A DNA stretch of 64,000 bases from Fistulifera solaris (Eukaryota): assembly GCA_030295235.1 (NCBI GenBank), contig AP026152.1, positions 62,001 through 126,000 on the forward strand, given 5' to 3'. The stretch's first letter is position 1, and each line of letters starts with the position of its first letter. Under the pieces are notes generated by a model. The model made no database searches and was not told where the DNA came from. It was given only the letters and a program-made list of their open reading frames with translations. Shown here piece by piece: positions 37,905 to 49,598 of the stretch. Both the position numbers and the translations under genes were made by a program.

Positions 37905-38175
37905 GATGATGACGTCAACCTGTACTTGGTCAATACCGGTTCATTGTTCTGTATCGTGCACAATGTAGGTTTACAGAGGAAGCCTGCGTCTCATCGCGTC
38001 AGTTTGTGTGAGGCTTTCTCGCCATGACGTTTTCCAAAGAAACGCTACGTAAATTTGCAGGAAAGTCTCCCAAAATGACGCGACACAAACGCAACGACGG
38101 ACACCATGAAGCGAACCCACGCGAGCGTGTCCCAAACGTGACAGACAAGCTTGTCATTGTGAGACAAGCTATACG
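37905..38175 (+). repeat. BTB-upstream palindromic element, copy B (main hairpin ~37985-38093)
   Basis: TGACGTCA, TGCGTCTCATCGCGTCAGTTTGTGTGA...TCTCCCAAAATGACGCG, TGACAGACAAGCTTGTCA. Confidence 0.9.
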
Positions 38176-38570
38176 TTCAATGTTTGTGTTAGGCGTTATA
38201 GGCGAAAGTAGCCCTGCATTGCAATTAGCCGGTGAATCATTATTACTCTCAACAATCTATCCTCGTCTCTTCTTGTTATGGAGGAAATGGTTCGATCTTC
38301 ATTGCTGACACCGTTTAATATAATTTCATGCTGATAGGCTGACGATTACCGTGGAGCTGCTATTTGAATGATGCGCCTAGTGTTTTGGATTGACTTTTGA
38401 TTACCGGAAACCGCTTGTCGCAAGATTGAAATCCGTTTTCGTGAAGCCGGTTTTCATTGAAAACCACGAATCAGATATGTTTCAAAATAAAAAGAAAGCT
38501 CGCAAAATGATGTGATACTTTCTCTCACAAAAAACACATCGTCTCATTCGCACCAAACACCGGCAAAAGG

Positions 38571-39039
38571 ATGAACAGCGACCCCAACATCAAGATGATT
38601 CGCTTGAATGTCGGAGGAACCCGCTACGATCTGTCGTTGGATACGCTGAGCCGAAGCGGAAACTCCCTTTGAAAACTATGATTCTCAGCAATGTGAATGC
38701 AGGAAAACCCTATGACCCCGTTTTTATTGACCGCAGCGGCCGTTTGTTCGAGTACGTCCTCGAATACATGCGGACAGGAAAAATTTACTTGCGACCCACC
38801 GAAAATAGCGCCGCTGTCAAGAACGAACTCGAGTTTTATGGATTCTTCGCCCCCAGCTTTCTATTTGTCGAGAATAAAAGGATTATGCCGAAGCAATCAC
38901 AGTGACCCACATTCTTCTTCGCTGTTTGACAGCCGGCGTGATGGTCAACTCAGTCCTTGTCGTCCTGGCTGCATTGGACGTTTGCGTTGGACTTGGAAAG
39001 TTGCGCGTGAGTCTCGACCTCTTCTCCATTCGAGCTTAA
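38571..39039 (+). pseudogene. BTB/POZ copy 5, two frameshifts (38668, ~38878; possibly assembly errors); corrected C-terminus is hydrophobic
   Basis: MIRLNVGGTRYDLS, VFIDRSGRLFEYVLEYMR, NELEFYG; alternate frame LTAGVMVNSVLVVLAALDVCVGLG. Confidence 0.75.
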
Positions 39040-39362
39040 AGGCACGCGCTTGATCGGATCCAACAAGATGATTCACATCGAGCGTACTACAGATTACAAT
39101 GAGATCTTAATATCTAAAGGTATAGCTTTATAATCGTTTCAAAACCAATAATGAGCTTCGATTAAAGATTTCGGCGATGGTACTTTTTGCTGATACTGTG
39201 CAAGCCATGGTAGCCTTGAGGATGATCCCCCAAATTTGAACGACCAATCAGAACTAGAGGTGTCACAAAAGAGGATGGATCAAGAACACGTTGCATTGCT
39301 TCAATTGCGCATACATTTACCGAGCAAGTAATTTGTCTATTCGGATTCATTTAGCTCTTGAA

Positions 39363-39986
39363 ATGAGGGAAGACACCATGGATAGCAGCGTCCCGTTGGA
39401 TGTTGGAGGGACTTTTTATAGAGTAGCTCGAGATACCATCGAGCATCATGGAGACTCCATGTTGTCGAGGATAGTATCCACTCACTCAAACGAGAATGGC
39501 GCGGAGAACGCTCCAATCATCTTCATTGAAGGCAACGGTCGTTTGTTCGAATATGTTCTCGATTACATGCGCACTGGCAAAGTATATTTGCCGCCTTCTG
39601 TCACCAGAGCCGCCATGAAAAAGGAGTTTGACTCCTATGGAATCCCCTGCCGATATGAACAAAGTGGTTGAGAAACATGGCAATGAATACGCTCGTGATC
39701 TTGCGGCGAGGATTGAAGCGAAGCAAAAGAGCTGGACCTGTTGAGGGCAGAAGTATTTGCATTCCAGTTGTCGCATTTGCTCGAGTTCCAGGCCTTGGCA
39801 TCGCGCCACACAGGTCCACCGTTCTGCTTGTACGTAATGGATAATGATTACCCACCTTGTTGCAAAAATAACCAAGACTTGTTACGTCAGCAGCTGGCGA
39901 GCATCGGGTTGGACCTAGTGTCAAGCATGCAATCCGGCCAAAATCAGCATTGCATCACCGTCGAGTATGCAGATATGCAATCGTAA
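39363..39986 (+). pseudogene. BTB/POZ copy 6, frameshifts at ~39645 (C-run) and ~39727 (A-run)
   Basis: VPLDVGGTFYRVARDTI, IFIEGNGRLFEYVLDYMR; C-terminal LLRQQLASIGL in the downstream frame. Confidence 0.78.
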
Positions 39987-40617
39987 AAGATAATTGAATC
40001 AGTAATGGTACACCTTTAAGTCAGTCAGCTCTCTTTGCAGGATAGCGTGATCGCGTTAGTGTCTTGTCGACGTATCGGCTCCAGTATCACCATCCACGCT
40101 TTTTCCGAATCAGAAAAGTCGATGCTGCACGTACAATACGTCAAATTATTTCTATCAAACAGCCTCAAATCGTAAATTCATCGGCGCACAGCTTCAGCCG
40201 TATCCAGCTTTCAACTGACCCTCCCGATGAGGTCAAATCAAAAGAAAATTAAATGATGATTCATTTTGGTCTTCATTCTTGTCTCTTGAGTTCACTAAAA
40301 ACTTCTATTGCACTTCATGACGCATTAGCCACTTCATGACGAGATTCCTTTTGCGTTCTGCACTTCAGGTCAATAGCGATCAAAATCGTACTCCGTATTC
40401 GACAATTCGACCGGCCGATTGGATGGCCTTGTTTCAGCAATAGATTTACGATCTTGCCCGGTTACGCATCCGCAGTTTCAATGCGCATTCCTATTCCATC
40501 ATCAACTCGAAAGTAGAGTACGTGCTAATTTCTTCATCAACGAGCTTTGTCTATCATTATTATTTTTTCAGCAATAGCAACGCGATGCTAAAACGTTTTG
40601 TTTTGCGCGACGGCACG

Positions 40618-40886
40618 ATGATGACGTCAAGCGGTACTTGGTTAGTACCGCATCGCAATGCACTATAGGATGAAATGTTGGTTTACGAAGACAGCCTGCG
40701 TCTCATCGCGTCAGTTTGTGTGAAGCTTTCTCGCCATGACGTTTTGGGAAGAAACGCCACGTAAATTTGGCAGAAAAGTCTCCCAAAATGACGCGAAACA
40801 AACGCAACAACGGACACCATGAGCGACGCCACGCGAGCGTCTCCCAAACGTGACAGACATTTCTGTCATTGTGAGTCAAGCTACGT
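40618..40886 (+). repeat. BTB-upstream palindromic element, copy C (main hairpin 40697-40806)
   Basis: TGACGTCAA, GCGGTACT-TGGTT-AGTACCGC hairpin, long inverted repeat, TGACAGA-CATT-TCTGTCA hairpin. Confidence 0.92.
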
Positions 40887-41315
40887 GAATGTAATGGTAG
40901 TTGGAGCATGAATACTGATAGCTTGCGGTTACTCATGGTTAGAAAGATGAAGAAGCAGATTCATTCACTCGGCGACACAACAATCTATCATTTGTTTCTT
41001 CGTGCGATAGAGGAAACGGTTCGATCTGCACTGTTTGACATCGTTATATATAATTCATGCTGATGGGCTGACGACTACCGTCGAGCTGCTGGATGACAGA
41101 TGCACGGCAGTTTGCTTGGGTGCGCCTAATAGCTCATAATGCTTTTCGATTGTCGAAAACGGGTCGACGAAAGATTGAAATCCGTTTTCGTGAAGCCGAT
41201 TTCGTTGAAAACCACGAATCAGATCCGTTTCAAAGAGAAAAGGAAGCTCACAAAAGGGTCTGATCATCTCTCATAAAACAACAAGTCGTTTCATTCGCAC
41301 CAAACGTCGCTAAAG

Positions 41316-41831
41316 ATGATGAGAAGTGATCCCAACAACAAGATCATTCGCTTGAACGTCGGAGGAACCCGCTATGATTTGTCGAAGGCTACGCTAGAGA
41401 AGCTCGATAAACGTTGCCGAGGCTCGTTTTTGAAGGCTTTAATCATGTACGGAATGAGTGAAGAGAAACCGGACGAACCCATCTTCATCGACCGCAACGG
41501 CCGCTTGTTCAAGTCCGTTCTCGATTACATGCGGACGGGCATGATCTACTTGTCGCCTTCCGTCAACATAACCGCATTGAAAGACGAGTTCATCTATTAC
41601 GGGATCTCGGCGAGCTGGGATAAATCGGTTGTCAAGAATGTTGTGGAGCACTTGGATGAATCGGATCCAACAACCCAGCTTAAGTATTACAAGCCAATCA
41701 AGGAAATTAAGACGACAATACATTGGAATTACATCGGAATTCTCAAGGCAGTAGGTTGGTGTTACGTTGCCTGGGGACTTACTTTAGGGGTTGGAATCAT
41801 GCGTCAGAGCAGCAAGCCGCGTGCTTATTAA
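41316..41831 (+). CDS. BTB/POZ protein, copy 7, with C-terminal hydrophobic segment
   Basis: IIRLNVGGTRYDLS, IFIDRNGRLFKSVLDYMR; YIGILKAVGWCYVAWGLTLGVGIM. Confidence 0.87.
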   Translation: MMRSDPNNKIIRLNVGGTRYDLSKATLEKLDKRCRGSFLKALIMYGMSEEKPDEPIFIDRNGRLFKSVLDYMRTGMIYLSPSVNITALKDEFIYYGISASWDKSVVKNVVEHLDESDPTTQLKYYKPIKEIKTTIHWNYIGILKAVGWCYVAWGLTLGVGIMRQSSKPRAY

Positions 41832-42202
41832 CCCGAAAGTCATCGTGACGACCGTAACGTAGAATGTAAGCCGACTTGACACTAAAGTAAGGACAACATT
41901 GTTGATACCATGAATTGCTTTTATGGCTATCCCGTCGCCTTTTACTAGTCCTCCTTCTTTTTTGTCAAGTTCTGTATGTTAGAGTATTGTTTCATAGAAA
42001 AAGCGGGACTGATTGAGTCTCAGAAGGTTGCCTGCGAAGTCACGGTTTTAATGGCACGGATTCCGCAACATCTCGCTGAATCAAACAAAGCCGATTCGAA
42101 TGCGTAACCAGCTGCTCACATCTTCGACGCCGATTGACAACGTGGGGAACGACGACGTCCAAAGTTTATGAAGCTGGTGGTTGATTTAGTGAATAGGTCA
42201 AC

Positions 42203-42505
42203 GATGACGTCAAGCGGAGGTAAATGATGACGTCAAGCGGTACTCAGTGATTACGTCACCTATCTTTTTGTATAAGAGAAACAGTAGTCGGGAGGGAAAG
42301 CCCGCGTCTCATCGCGTCAGTTTGTGTGACACTTTCTCATTTTCGACGTTTTCGAGGAAACGCCACGTAAAATGGAACAAAAAACAGTCGTCTCCCAAAA
42401 TGCCAAATGACGCGAAACAAACGCAACGACGGACACCATGAGACAATGCCACGCATCCGCACGTCGTGATGAGCATCATATAGCACGTGACAGCTTGTCA
42501 CTGTT
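42203..42505 (+). repeat. BTB-upstream palindromic element, copy D (duplicated TGACGTCAAGCGG)
   Basis: TGACGTCA at 42205 and 42228; GCGTCTCATCGCGTCAGTTTGTG...AAATGACGCGAAACAAACGC; TGACAGCTTGTCA. Confidence 0.9.
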
Positions 42506-42872
42506 GTCGTTGCGAAATTCCTGGAGCTATAGGAAACTATGATGAGTTTTGCGCAAACGGAAAAAGGTTTTGTGAGATGCCATTCACAGGTGTTGTTGAC
42601 ATTTGAAAGAATAGAACAACGCAGGATGTCATAGAATGTTCGTTATAGGTTGCGTCGTTCCCGATTCGGCTCTTCGTCGGAGACTTTCATGTCTTGTAGA
42701 AGAAGGCGTCCGTTTCACCTTTCTTTTGTAGCGAAAACGGCTCTACGAAACCGATTTTGAACGACGAAAGATGGATTTGGACCGTGATGACATCTTCCGA
42801 CAGCCGCAAGGCTCATGGTTCTTTTGCATTATAACACCATTTTTCCATTTCTTTCCCGCGTTATAAACGGAA

Positions 42873-43387
42873 ATGGCGATCAATGATACCCGAAAAATAG
42901 TTCGATTGAATGTTGGAGGAACGCAATACGATGTATCACGCGATACACTCGCACGATGCGAAGGTTCCATGTTGGCCAGTTTGGTATCGAAACAGTGGAA
43001 CGAAGGCAATACGAACAAACCCATCTTTATTGACCGCAATGGATTGTTGTTTCAATATGTTTTGGATTATTTGCGCAACAATCAATTGCATTTGCCGTCC
43101 TTTGTGAGTCGCGCCGCGATGGTCGATGAATATTTGATTTTTACGGAATCGAAGGGGATGTCCGCGTGCGCTCCGCCATCAAAGAATACGATCCGCATGC
43201 ACACATTCACGAGCTCCGGAACCAGGTGCGCTGTTGGCGGATCGCTCTGGCGGTTCTATCACTCTATCTGATAGAATGCCATCTAGTCTGGTTGAACGTC
43301 GTGGAGCGTTCTACTACCAGCGTGCTTTTGAATTTCATGATGATGTGTTTCGTGATCTATGTCATTAAGAATGGGTGGTTGCGTTGA
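42873..43387 (+). CDS. BTB/POZ protein, copy 8 (frameshift ~43132), C-terminus with hydrophobic segments
   Basis: IVRLNVGGTQYDVSRDTL, IFIDRNGLLFQYVLDYLR; downstream frame WRIALAVLSLYLI…VLLNFMMMCFVIYVI. Confidence 0.8.
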
Positions 43388-43855
43388 GCAGCAGTCGCGG
43401 GTGGGTGCTATACATTTCGACAGGAGTTGCGACAGATAGTAAGCACGGCGGGTTTATCACAGTTCAATAGAAACGACTTAATGGAAGTAACGGAAGCAGT
43501 TTCGACGCATTCGACTCGATCGTCTTATGATGAGGAAGCTGATTTAGCGTACAGGCCAGCTGTAAAGGACAAGTCATTCCTTTACCATGATCCTCGCTTT
43601 CTTTTGCTTGCTGCTCGAGACGTATGCATTTTCCTGATCCATTGGATTGAAGGACAAGAACGGAGATGCGGAGGAGTGAACTGAATAAGTGTTTTTGGCA
43701 CTTTGCTTGTGACGAAACGACTTGATGGATTTTGTGTATGGATGGTTTTCGACTGATGGATTGGGACCGAGTACTGACATTAAAGTTAGCCGCTCCATCA
43801 AAAACGTCAATTCTCTCTCATATTCTGCCTCCTGCTTGAATGATCACGTCACAAA

Positions 43856-44386
43856 ATGATTTACACTGCTTCCGAAATGAAAATTGTTTACTTGGATGTC
43901 GGCGGCACGCTTTACAAAGTATCCCGTGATACGCTGGAACGTCACAAAGGCTCCATGCTGGCAACGTTGGTATCCAATCAATGGAAAGAAGGAACGACGA
44001 ACGAACCCATCTTTATCGATCGCAATGGTCGCTTGTTTGAGTATGTGCTCGATTACTTGCGTGCCAACAAATTGTATCTGCCCGCAACCGTCAACCTCAA
44101 CGCCATGATGGACGAGTTTGTTTATTATGGAGTCGATGTGGATATGAGCAATGTCATTGAATCGCATTACAGGGCTGAGCCCAGATTGATCAACCATCCG
44201 CATCTCGTGGAACGAGTGGATCTCGCTATTCGCTCGATCAACCGGATCGAAGCGAAGCTATTGCAAGTGGACTTGTCCCATCTAACCTCGAGAGTCTACT
44301 TTAACATTCTGTTTATGGAATTGGCCCGATCGGCTCTTTTGTCGGACTCAAAGCAATTGTTAAGGCTTGTAAAAATCAAGGTGTAA
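43856..44386 (+). CDS. BTB/POZ protein, copy 9
   Basis: IVYLDVGGTLYKVSRDTL, IFIDRNGRLFEYVLDYLR. Confidence 0.88.
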   Translation: MIYTASEMKIVYLDVGGTLYKVSRDTLERHKGSMLATLVSNQWKEGTTNEPIFIDRNGRLFEYVLDYLRANKLYLPATVNLNAMMDEFVYYGVDVDMSNVIESHYRAEPRLINHPHLVERVDLAIRSINRIEAKLLQVDLSHLTSRVYFNILFMELARSALLSDSKQLLRLVKIKV

Positions 44387-44892
44387 CAGTAAGCTAATCA
44401 AAGCGTGACGGATGCCCCTAGTTCCATCATGATCCCTAGTTTCTACAAAATGGTTAAAGTAAATTGCTAGGAGCTACTGGGTCCCGGTTTCTTTTGCTCC
44501 TTTAGTTATTTGTAGTTCTTTTCATTCCACCGACCAACGAATGATAACGAAAAAGCCGTTGAACCAAGAACAACATCCCCACTAATCTGGGAAAATGCTT
44601 TCAAATACCCTATCTAGGTCAATCCCCACGTGCCGGTACGATGGAGTACAAAAATCACATGTCAAGAGCGTGTGTCACGGACCAAGATCGGTTTGACTAT
44701 GACTCGAAGAATACGACCAACACACGATGTTGTGTCGTGCCAAAAATTCCGCCCCCGTGTCTTTTTGCCCATTGTCTCGCGATACTAGAGTGAGCGCACC
44801 TCTTTCATTTTGCTCACCCTGCCAAACATAAGGAACTTTCGCAAACATTCTCATCATCATTCGCATTTGAATTCATAATCATCAACAACAAG

Positions 44893-45555
44893 ATGATGAG
44901 TTATCATGACAAAGGCAAGATTGTGCGACTCAATGTCGGCGGAATGCGCTACGATGTTTCGCGCAGTACACTCGAACGTTGCGAAGGTTCGATGCTGATT
45001 AGCTTGATTTCAGAACACTGGAAAGAAGGGAATTCCGACGAACCGATCTTTATTGATCGCAATGGTCGCTTGTTTGAATATGTGCTGGATTATTTACGAA
45101 CCGCCAAAGTGTATTTACCCGCCACTGTCAGTCCTCTCGCTTTGGAAGAAGAATTTGAATTTTACGGCATCGAGGCGGATATGACGAAAGTGCAATGCAT
45201 GGACGCCAGCATGGGATCGTTGAATGCCTTGTACGAAAGTCATTACTTGTTGGGTTTGGCGGACCAAATATCGGCCGAAGCGTATACGACCGCGGCCCGG
45301 AGAGCCGTCGAAAAGAGTTTGCGGAAAAGTGACATTGCACCGAAACCGTCTCGTGAAATACCCTTCTTTATTCTGGTGGAATGTTACAAACGCAATCCGA
45401 CCCCGGGAGCGTCCTTTTGTGTCTACATTCCCGAAGAATATCAGCCGCATTTGGATACCGACCTCGTGAACAATATTTTGACCAATCGCGGCTTTGAAAT
45501 TGTGAATTCGGCGTTCAAGCACTTTTTGTACATTAAGAAGGTTTCGGAAGGATGA
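44893..45555 (+). CDS. BTB/POZ protein, copy 10
   Basis: IVRLNVGGMRYDVSRSTL, IFIDRNGRLFEYVLDYLR, ILTNRGF. Confidence 0.9.
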   Translation: MMSYHDKGKIVRLNVGGMRYDVSRSTLERCEGSMLISLISEHWKEGNSDEPIFIDRNGRLFEYVLDYLRTAKVYLPATVSPLALEEEFEFYGIEADMTKVQCMDASMGSLNALYESHYLLGLADQISAEAYTTAARRAVEKSLRKSDIAPKPSREIPFFILVECYKRNPTPGASFCVYIPEEYQPHLDTDLVNNILTNRGFEIVNSAFKHFLYIKKVSEG

Positions 45556-45913
45556 GAAGACTGCTATAGGTCAAGCGCTGGTACAAGAGTTATCAAGATG
45601 AAGAGGGCGACGCCGAAGCTAGGATAGCACGGTCTTCGTCATCGAATCATCGCAACGCATAGATCGTGAATTTATTCTCGATCCGTGATGGAGGGGATGT
45701 TTGCATGTATTCCATGGGGGACGAATATCATTATTTTCCGTATCTATATAGAGGGGAAGAAGTTACATCGCGCCTTTTACCTGATATTTACTAGATGAAG
45801 AAGTTCACCCTAGCTATAGAAGAACGCATTTGCTCTGGCATTGGTACTTTGGGTCGTGCTTCCTGCGTCATAATTTACGATCAATGAAACTTGGGAGCGA
45901 GGGAGAGCAATGA

Positions 45914-46318
45914 GTGATTGATCGATTGACGAAAGAGATTAAAGAACACAAGGGTGCTATCGAAGAAAAGGAGAGACAAGTAGCTGCGATCGTCGAGTCC
46001 TATCGTCTGACGCATCAATATGCAGAAACCGTCGCAAAGAAGAGCGGTAAAGGTTTTTCGACACACTCGTTCCCTGTGGAAGGAACTATTGACAAGAAAT
46101 TGCTGCACGAAATCTTGCTTTCCCGCGGACTCGATGCCTACTTCTATCAGAATGCGAAAGAGGGAGCACGGGTTATACTAGGTCCCATTGCAGAAGAGGA
46201 TAAAAGGATCTATGGCGAGAAACGCACCGGCTTTCGGTTTTCATTTGATGAAAGCAAAACGACACCTCTTGCTTCCACGGCCAGCAAACGTAGGTTCATG
46301 AGAGTTAAGAAGCGCTAA
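45914..46318 (+). pseudogene. 5'-truncated BTB-family remnant (coiled coil plus C-terminal domain only)
   Basis: IDRLTKEIKEHK…VAAIVESYRL…LLHEILLSRGL, close to 50070-50340; no BTB coding sequence upstream. Confidence 0.8.
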
Positions 46319-46371
46319 GCTGCTTTAAGCCTTAAGTTCAGTTTAAATGTGTCAGATAACTGTTGCCAATA

Positions 46372-47160
46372 TCCCAGATAATTTTTTATGTCCCACTTCT
46401 GGGACATATCGCCTCGCCAACCCTCGCCAAAAATTTCATGTCCCAGTTAGTGGGACATAATCTTTGAGCCCTCCAATGAAACGCTTCCACTTGTAAGAAT
46501 TAAAATAAAAAATGAATCATAAATACTTTTCCTCGTTGGGGTTCGGGTGAAAGTGTTTTGAAGTTCGTAGCACGCCGCTTCGTTGAGTTTTGGTCTTCCA
46601 AAAATATAGAGCGTCTTTATTTTCCGTCAAAATCGGCCGACGCCACCAAAACACAATAAAAGCAGCTCAAAAGCCCATCAATCACATAGAAGAGGAACAA
46701 CTTGTGCTTGCCCGTTCATATCTCGCACAAGGCATGTCGGAACCTGTAAAATATGTTTTATCTGGGCGAAACTGCCTTTTTATGGCCATTTGAACGACGA
46801 TGAATTGTGCGACGACCATCAAACATCGTCACAAAAAACACACAAAACGAAAGATATTCATCTTGTAAACAATCAAACAACACACAAAATAAACTAAAGA
46901 TACGTTAGAATAAAGATAGAGCGTTATTTATTGTGTTTAACAAAGGTTTTTATTAGGAATTTATTCATTTAGTTAATTGCTCTGTTGTGTTTCTTTTCAT
47001 CCGACAAGTCAAGCTTGCTCGTGATTGCCCTTTTGTACTACATCCTACGTGAAATTTGTGTAGGAATATGTCCCACTTCTGGGACATATCGGGCCTGTGT
47101 AGACGTGGTACAAGCCCTACGTATGTGTCCCAGAAGTGGGACATAAAAAAATATCTGGGA
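46372..47160. mobile_element. Non-autonomous TIR element (MITE), ~790 bp, flanked by TA
   Basis: TA|TCCCAGATAATTTTTTATGTCCCACTTCTGGGACA ... TGTCCCAGAAGTGGGACATAAAAAAATATCTGGGA|TA; four (A)TGTCCCA-n4/5-TGGGACAT palindromes; AT-rich non-coding interior. Confidence 0.88.
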
Positions 47161-47473
47161 TATAGTTCTTAGATGAAACATGGGAAATCACGGCTGGAAA
47201 CTTTCTACTAGTATGTCGTACGGGTAACTATTCTCGTCATCGAAGCGCATCGATCTTCGATCTGGGAAGGATGCGTGGAATACATGTCGTTTCTCTTTTA
47301 TGAGCAAACGGTCCTTTCATTACTTGTGAACGTCGAGCCCCCGCCTGCGGGAAGCACGATAGTACGAACACAACTCCCGGCGGCTAGTGTAAAGAGAAAG
47401 AAGATGTAGTCGTTTACTGCGAAAAATACAGCAGTGAAGACTATCCGTCTGCCCAAAAATAAAAACACCATGT

Positions 47474-47760
47474 TTACTATAGTCCAAAGTGTTTGATATA
47501 TTTCCACGACTGCACTTCAGTCATGAATCAATATTCTGTATTGAGCGACAATGCTGCCTATGCAATGCGTTCAATCGCCAAATTAATTGTACTGAGCTTC
47601 ACTTGTCGTTGTCGCAATGAAAAAGTCTTTATCAGCGTTTGCGTTACACGCCATTCTATTTTTACGTCGCAAAGCCTGCGAAAAACGTTGTCTGCCCGTA
47701 ATTTACTATAGACCCAAAGTGTTGGTTTAAGGAGACCGCGACTGCATTTTTCAGTCATGA
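47474..47760 (+). repeat. Two tandem copies (47474, 47704) of CTATAG/hairpin dispersed element
   Basis: TACTATAGTCCAAAGTGTT...CACGACTGCACTTCAGTCATGA and TACTATAGACCCAAAGTGTTGGTT...CGCGACTGCATTTTTCAGTCATGA. Confidence 0.8.
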
Positions 47761-48070
47761 TTCATACTTCCGTTTGCAAAACCAAAATACTTCGGTGCAT
47801 TATAAAAGGACGATAACAAAGTGATCTGATGCAATAAACAAATGGAGCATAGAGAGTATGATGCGACAATGAAGGCAAACGTTTCTTCAAGAGGGTGGAA
47901 ACGGGGATTATTCTATGTCTGGTATCGACGAAACAAAAACCGGTCCATTTTCGTCCAAGAAAACGGTTTGAAGTGCAAGGTTTTCAACATGATTCAATAT
48001 TCATTTGTAAACATCCTGTCTCCCTTTCATAAAATCGGCGTGGCTAGAAAGAGCTACAAAAGACGACTCC

Positions 48071-48754
48071 ATGAACACGCTCCAGCTACCGCCCATTTCG
48101 ACGAACACTCCGAAAGCATTCCGCAGCGATCTGATTCGCCTCAATGTCGGAGGAATTCGCTACGAAGTTTCTCGAAGCACAATGACACGCTACGAAGGGT
48201 TAGCCAGTCTGGCGGAGAGTTGGAACGATCAAAAATACAACAACGAGTTGTTTCTGTTCCGCAACGGGCAGTTGTTTGCGTACATCTTGGATTATGTGCG
48301 GTCGGGTAACGTTCATTTGCCTTCTTTCATCTCGATCAAGGTATTTAAGGAGGAATTGGAGTACTATAAAATTCCGGTGGACATGAGTAAGATTGTGGAG
48401 GAGAAAGATTACTTTACCGTGGACCGCCTGAACCGAGAAATCGAAGAACACCAGGCTGCAATGGAAGCTTTAGAGAAGCAACGAGTTGCTATTGTGGAGT
48501 CGTACCGTCTGGCATATCAGTTTGCGGAATTATGTGCAACAAACAGCAACAAACAGCCCAGTATTGTGGCTCCTTCCTTTCCGGTGAGAGGCAACATCAA
48601 TAAGAAAATGCTTCATGAATGCTTGCTTTCCCGAGGACTCGAGGCCTACGGATATTTGCAAGGACCAAAGGGTGCCACTATTTCGTTAGGAACTACTCCA
48701 GAAATTGTCAACGGAGCTCATGATCAACACAAATTGCCTTTTCTGATTTTTTGA
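48071..48754 (+). CDS. BTB/POZ protein, copy 11 (ESYR subfamily)
   Basis: LIRLNVGGIRYEVSRSTM, LFLFRNGQLFAYILDYVR, AIVESYRL, MLHECLLSRGL. Confidence 0.88.
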   Translation: MNTLQLPPISTNTPKAFRSDLIRLNVGGIRYEVSRSTMTRYEGLASLAESWNDQKYNNELFLFRNGQLFAYILDYVRSGNVHLPSFISIKVFKEELEYYKIPVDMSKIVEEKDYFTVDRLNREIEEHQAAMEALEKQRVAIVESYRLAYQFAELCATNSNKQPSIVAPSFPVRGNINKKMLHECLLSRGLEAYGYLQGPKGATISLGTTPEIVNGAHDQHKLPFLIF

Positions 48755-48874
48755 GAACGAGACGACGCCCCTTGTGGATCCAGCGACCATTAGTGCAGCG
48801 ACGCCCAAAATGACTAGGAAGGTAGTGAGAGTCCGCCGCTTTGAAACGCCTGGGGAATGAATTCGGCGAATCCG

Positions 48875-49006
48875 ATGCAGCTTTTTGTGCAGCAAGCTGT
48901 CGACACGGAGTTGCTCCGCATGTGCTTGTACTCTCGAAAGCTACAAGTTGTCTACTATAACGTGAAACCAGATGGAATGGTTGTTGCGCATGTGATTCCT
49001 GTTTGA
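48875..49006 (+). pseudogene. Isolated C-terminal remnant of a BTB paralog
   Basis: Translates MQLFVQQAVDTELLRMCLYSRKLQVVYYNVKPDGMVVAHV, which aligns to MQISVQQNVDREMLRECLMSRGLKVDNYKVKEDGTVIAHL of the 51065 gene. Confidence 0.75.
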
Positions 49007-49231
49007 GAAATTAGTCCTTTAGATTCATACGAACTAATATGCAGTTGTTTAGCGGTAATCAGCTTCATCTCACTCAAATGTTAAGAAGCTTTTTTTCTTT
49101 AAAGTCTAGCTACTTTATAATGAAACTATAGAATTGCTAGACTAGTTAGCCTATAAACCTCAGGTTTTTACTTTATACTCCTCGTGACTCACGAGCGACC
49201 GTCAATCACGCAAAAAATGAAGGAGAAACCT

Positions 49232-49411
49232 GTGACGTCAAGCGGTACTAAAATGAAGGCAGTATACCACAAATAGTAGCTCAACCAAGAAGGCTTGCGT
49301 CGTTTCAAGTCATTTTGTGTGACGCTTTCTCGGTTTCGACGTTTTCGAGGAAACGCCACGTAAAATGGAAGAATTCTCCCAAAATGACACGCGAAAAACG
49401 AAAGACGTGAC
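49232..49411 (+). repeat. BTB-upstream palindromic element, copy E
   Basis: TGACGTCAAGCGGTACT; GTCATTTTG...CAAAATGAC perfect arm pair; CGACGTTTTCGAGGAAACGCCACGT. Confidence 0.88.
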
Positions 49412-49598
49412 AAAATGGAGGACAAGAGTGACGAAAATTGCGTCATGCACGCGATAACGACTCAATAAAACCGCAAGGGCCTCCTTCTCCTTTGCTTCAA
49501 TGATTGATTGCGTTGCTTTTGCTTGAATAATCATTTGATCCGTTGCTCAATCAAAATATGTATACGTTCGTTTATGGACCTTTTCGCCCGAATTGACT

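Noticed and set aside
37905..42235. ATGATGA as a C/D snoRNA box C at the element start
   Set aside because: Present in only 3 of 8 copies; the conserved part is TGACGTCA, and no consistently placed CTGA box D was seen.
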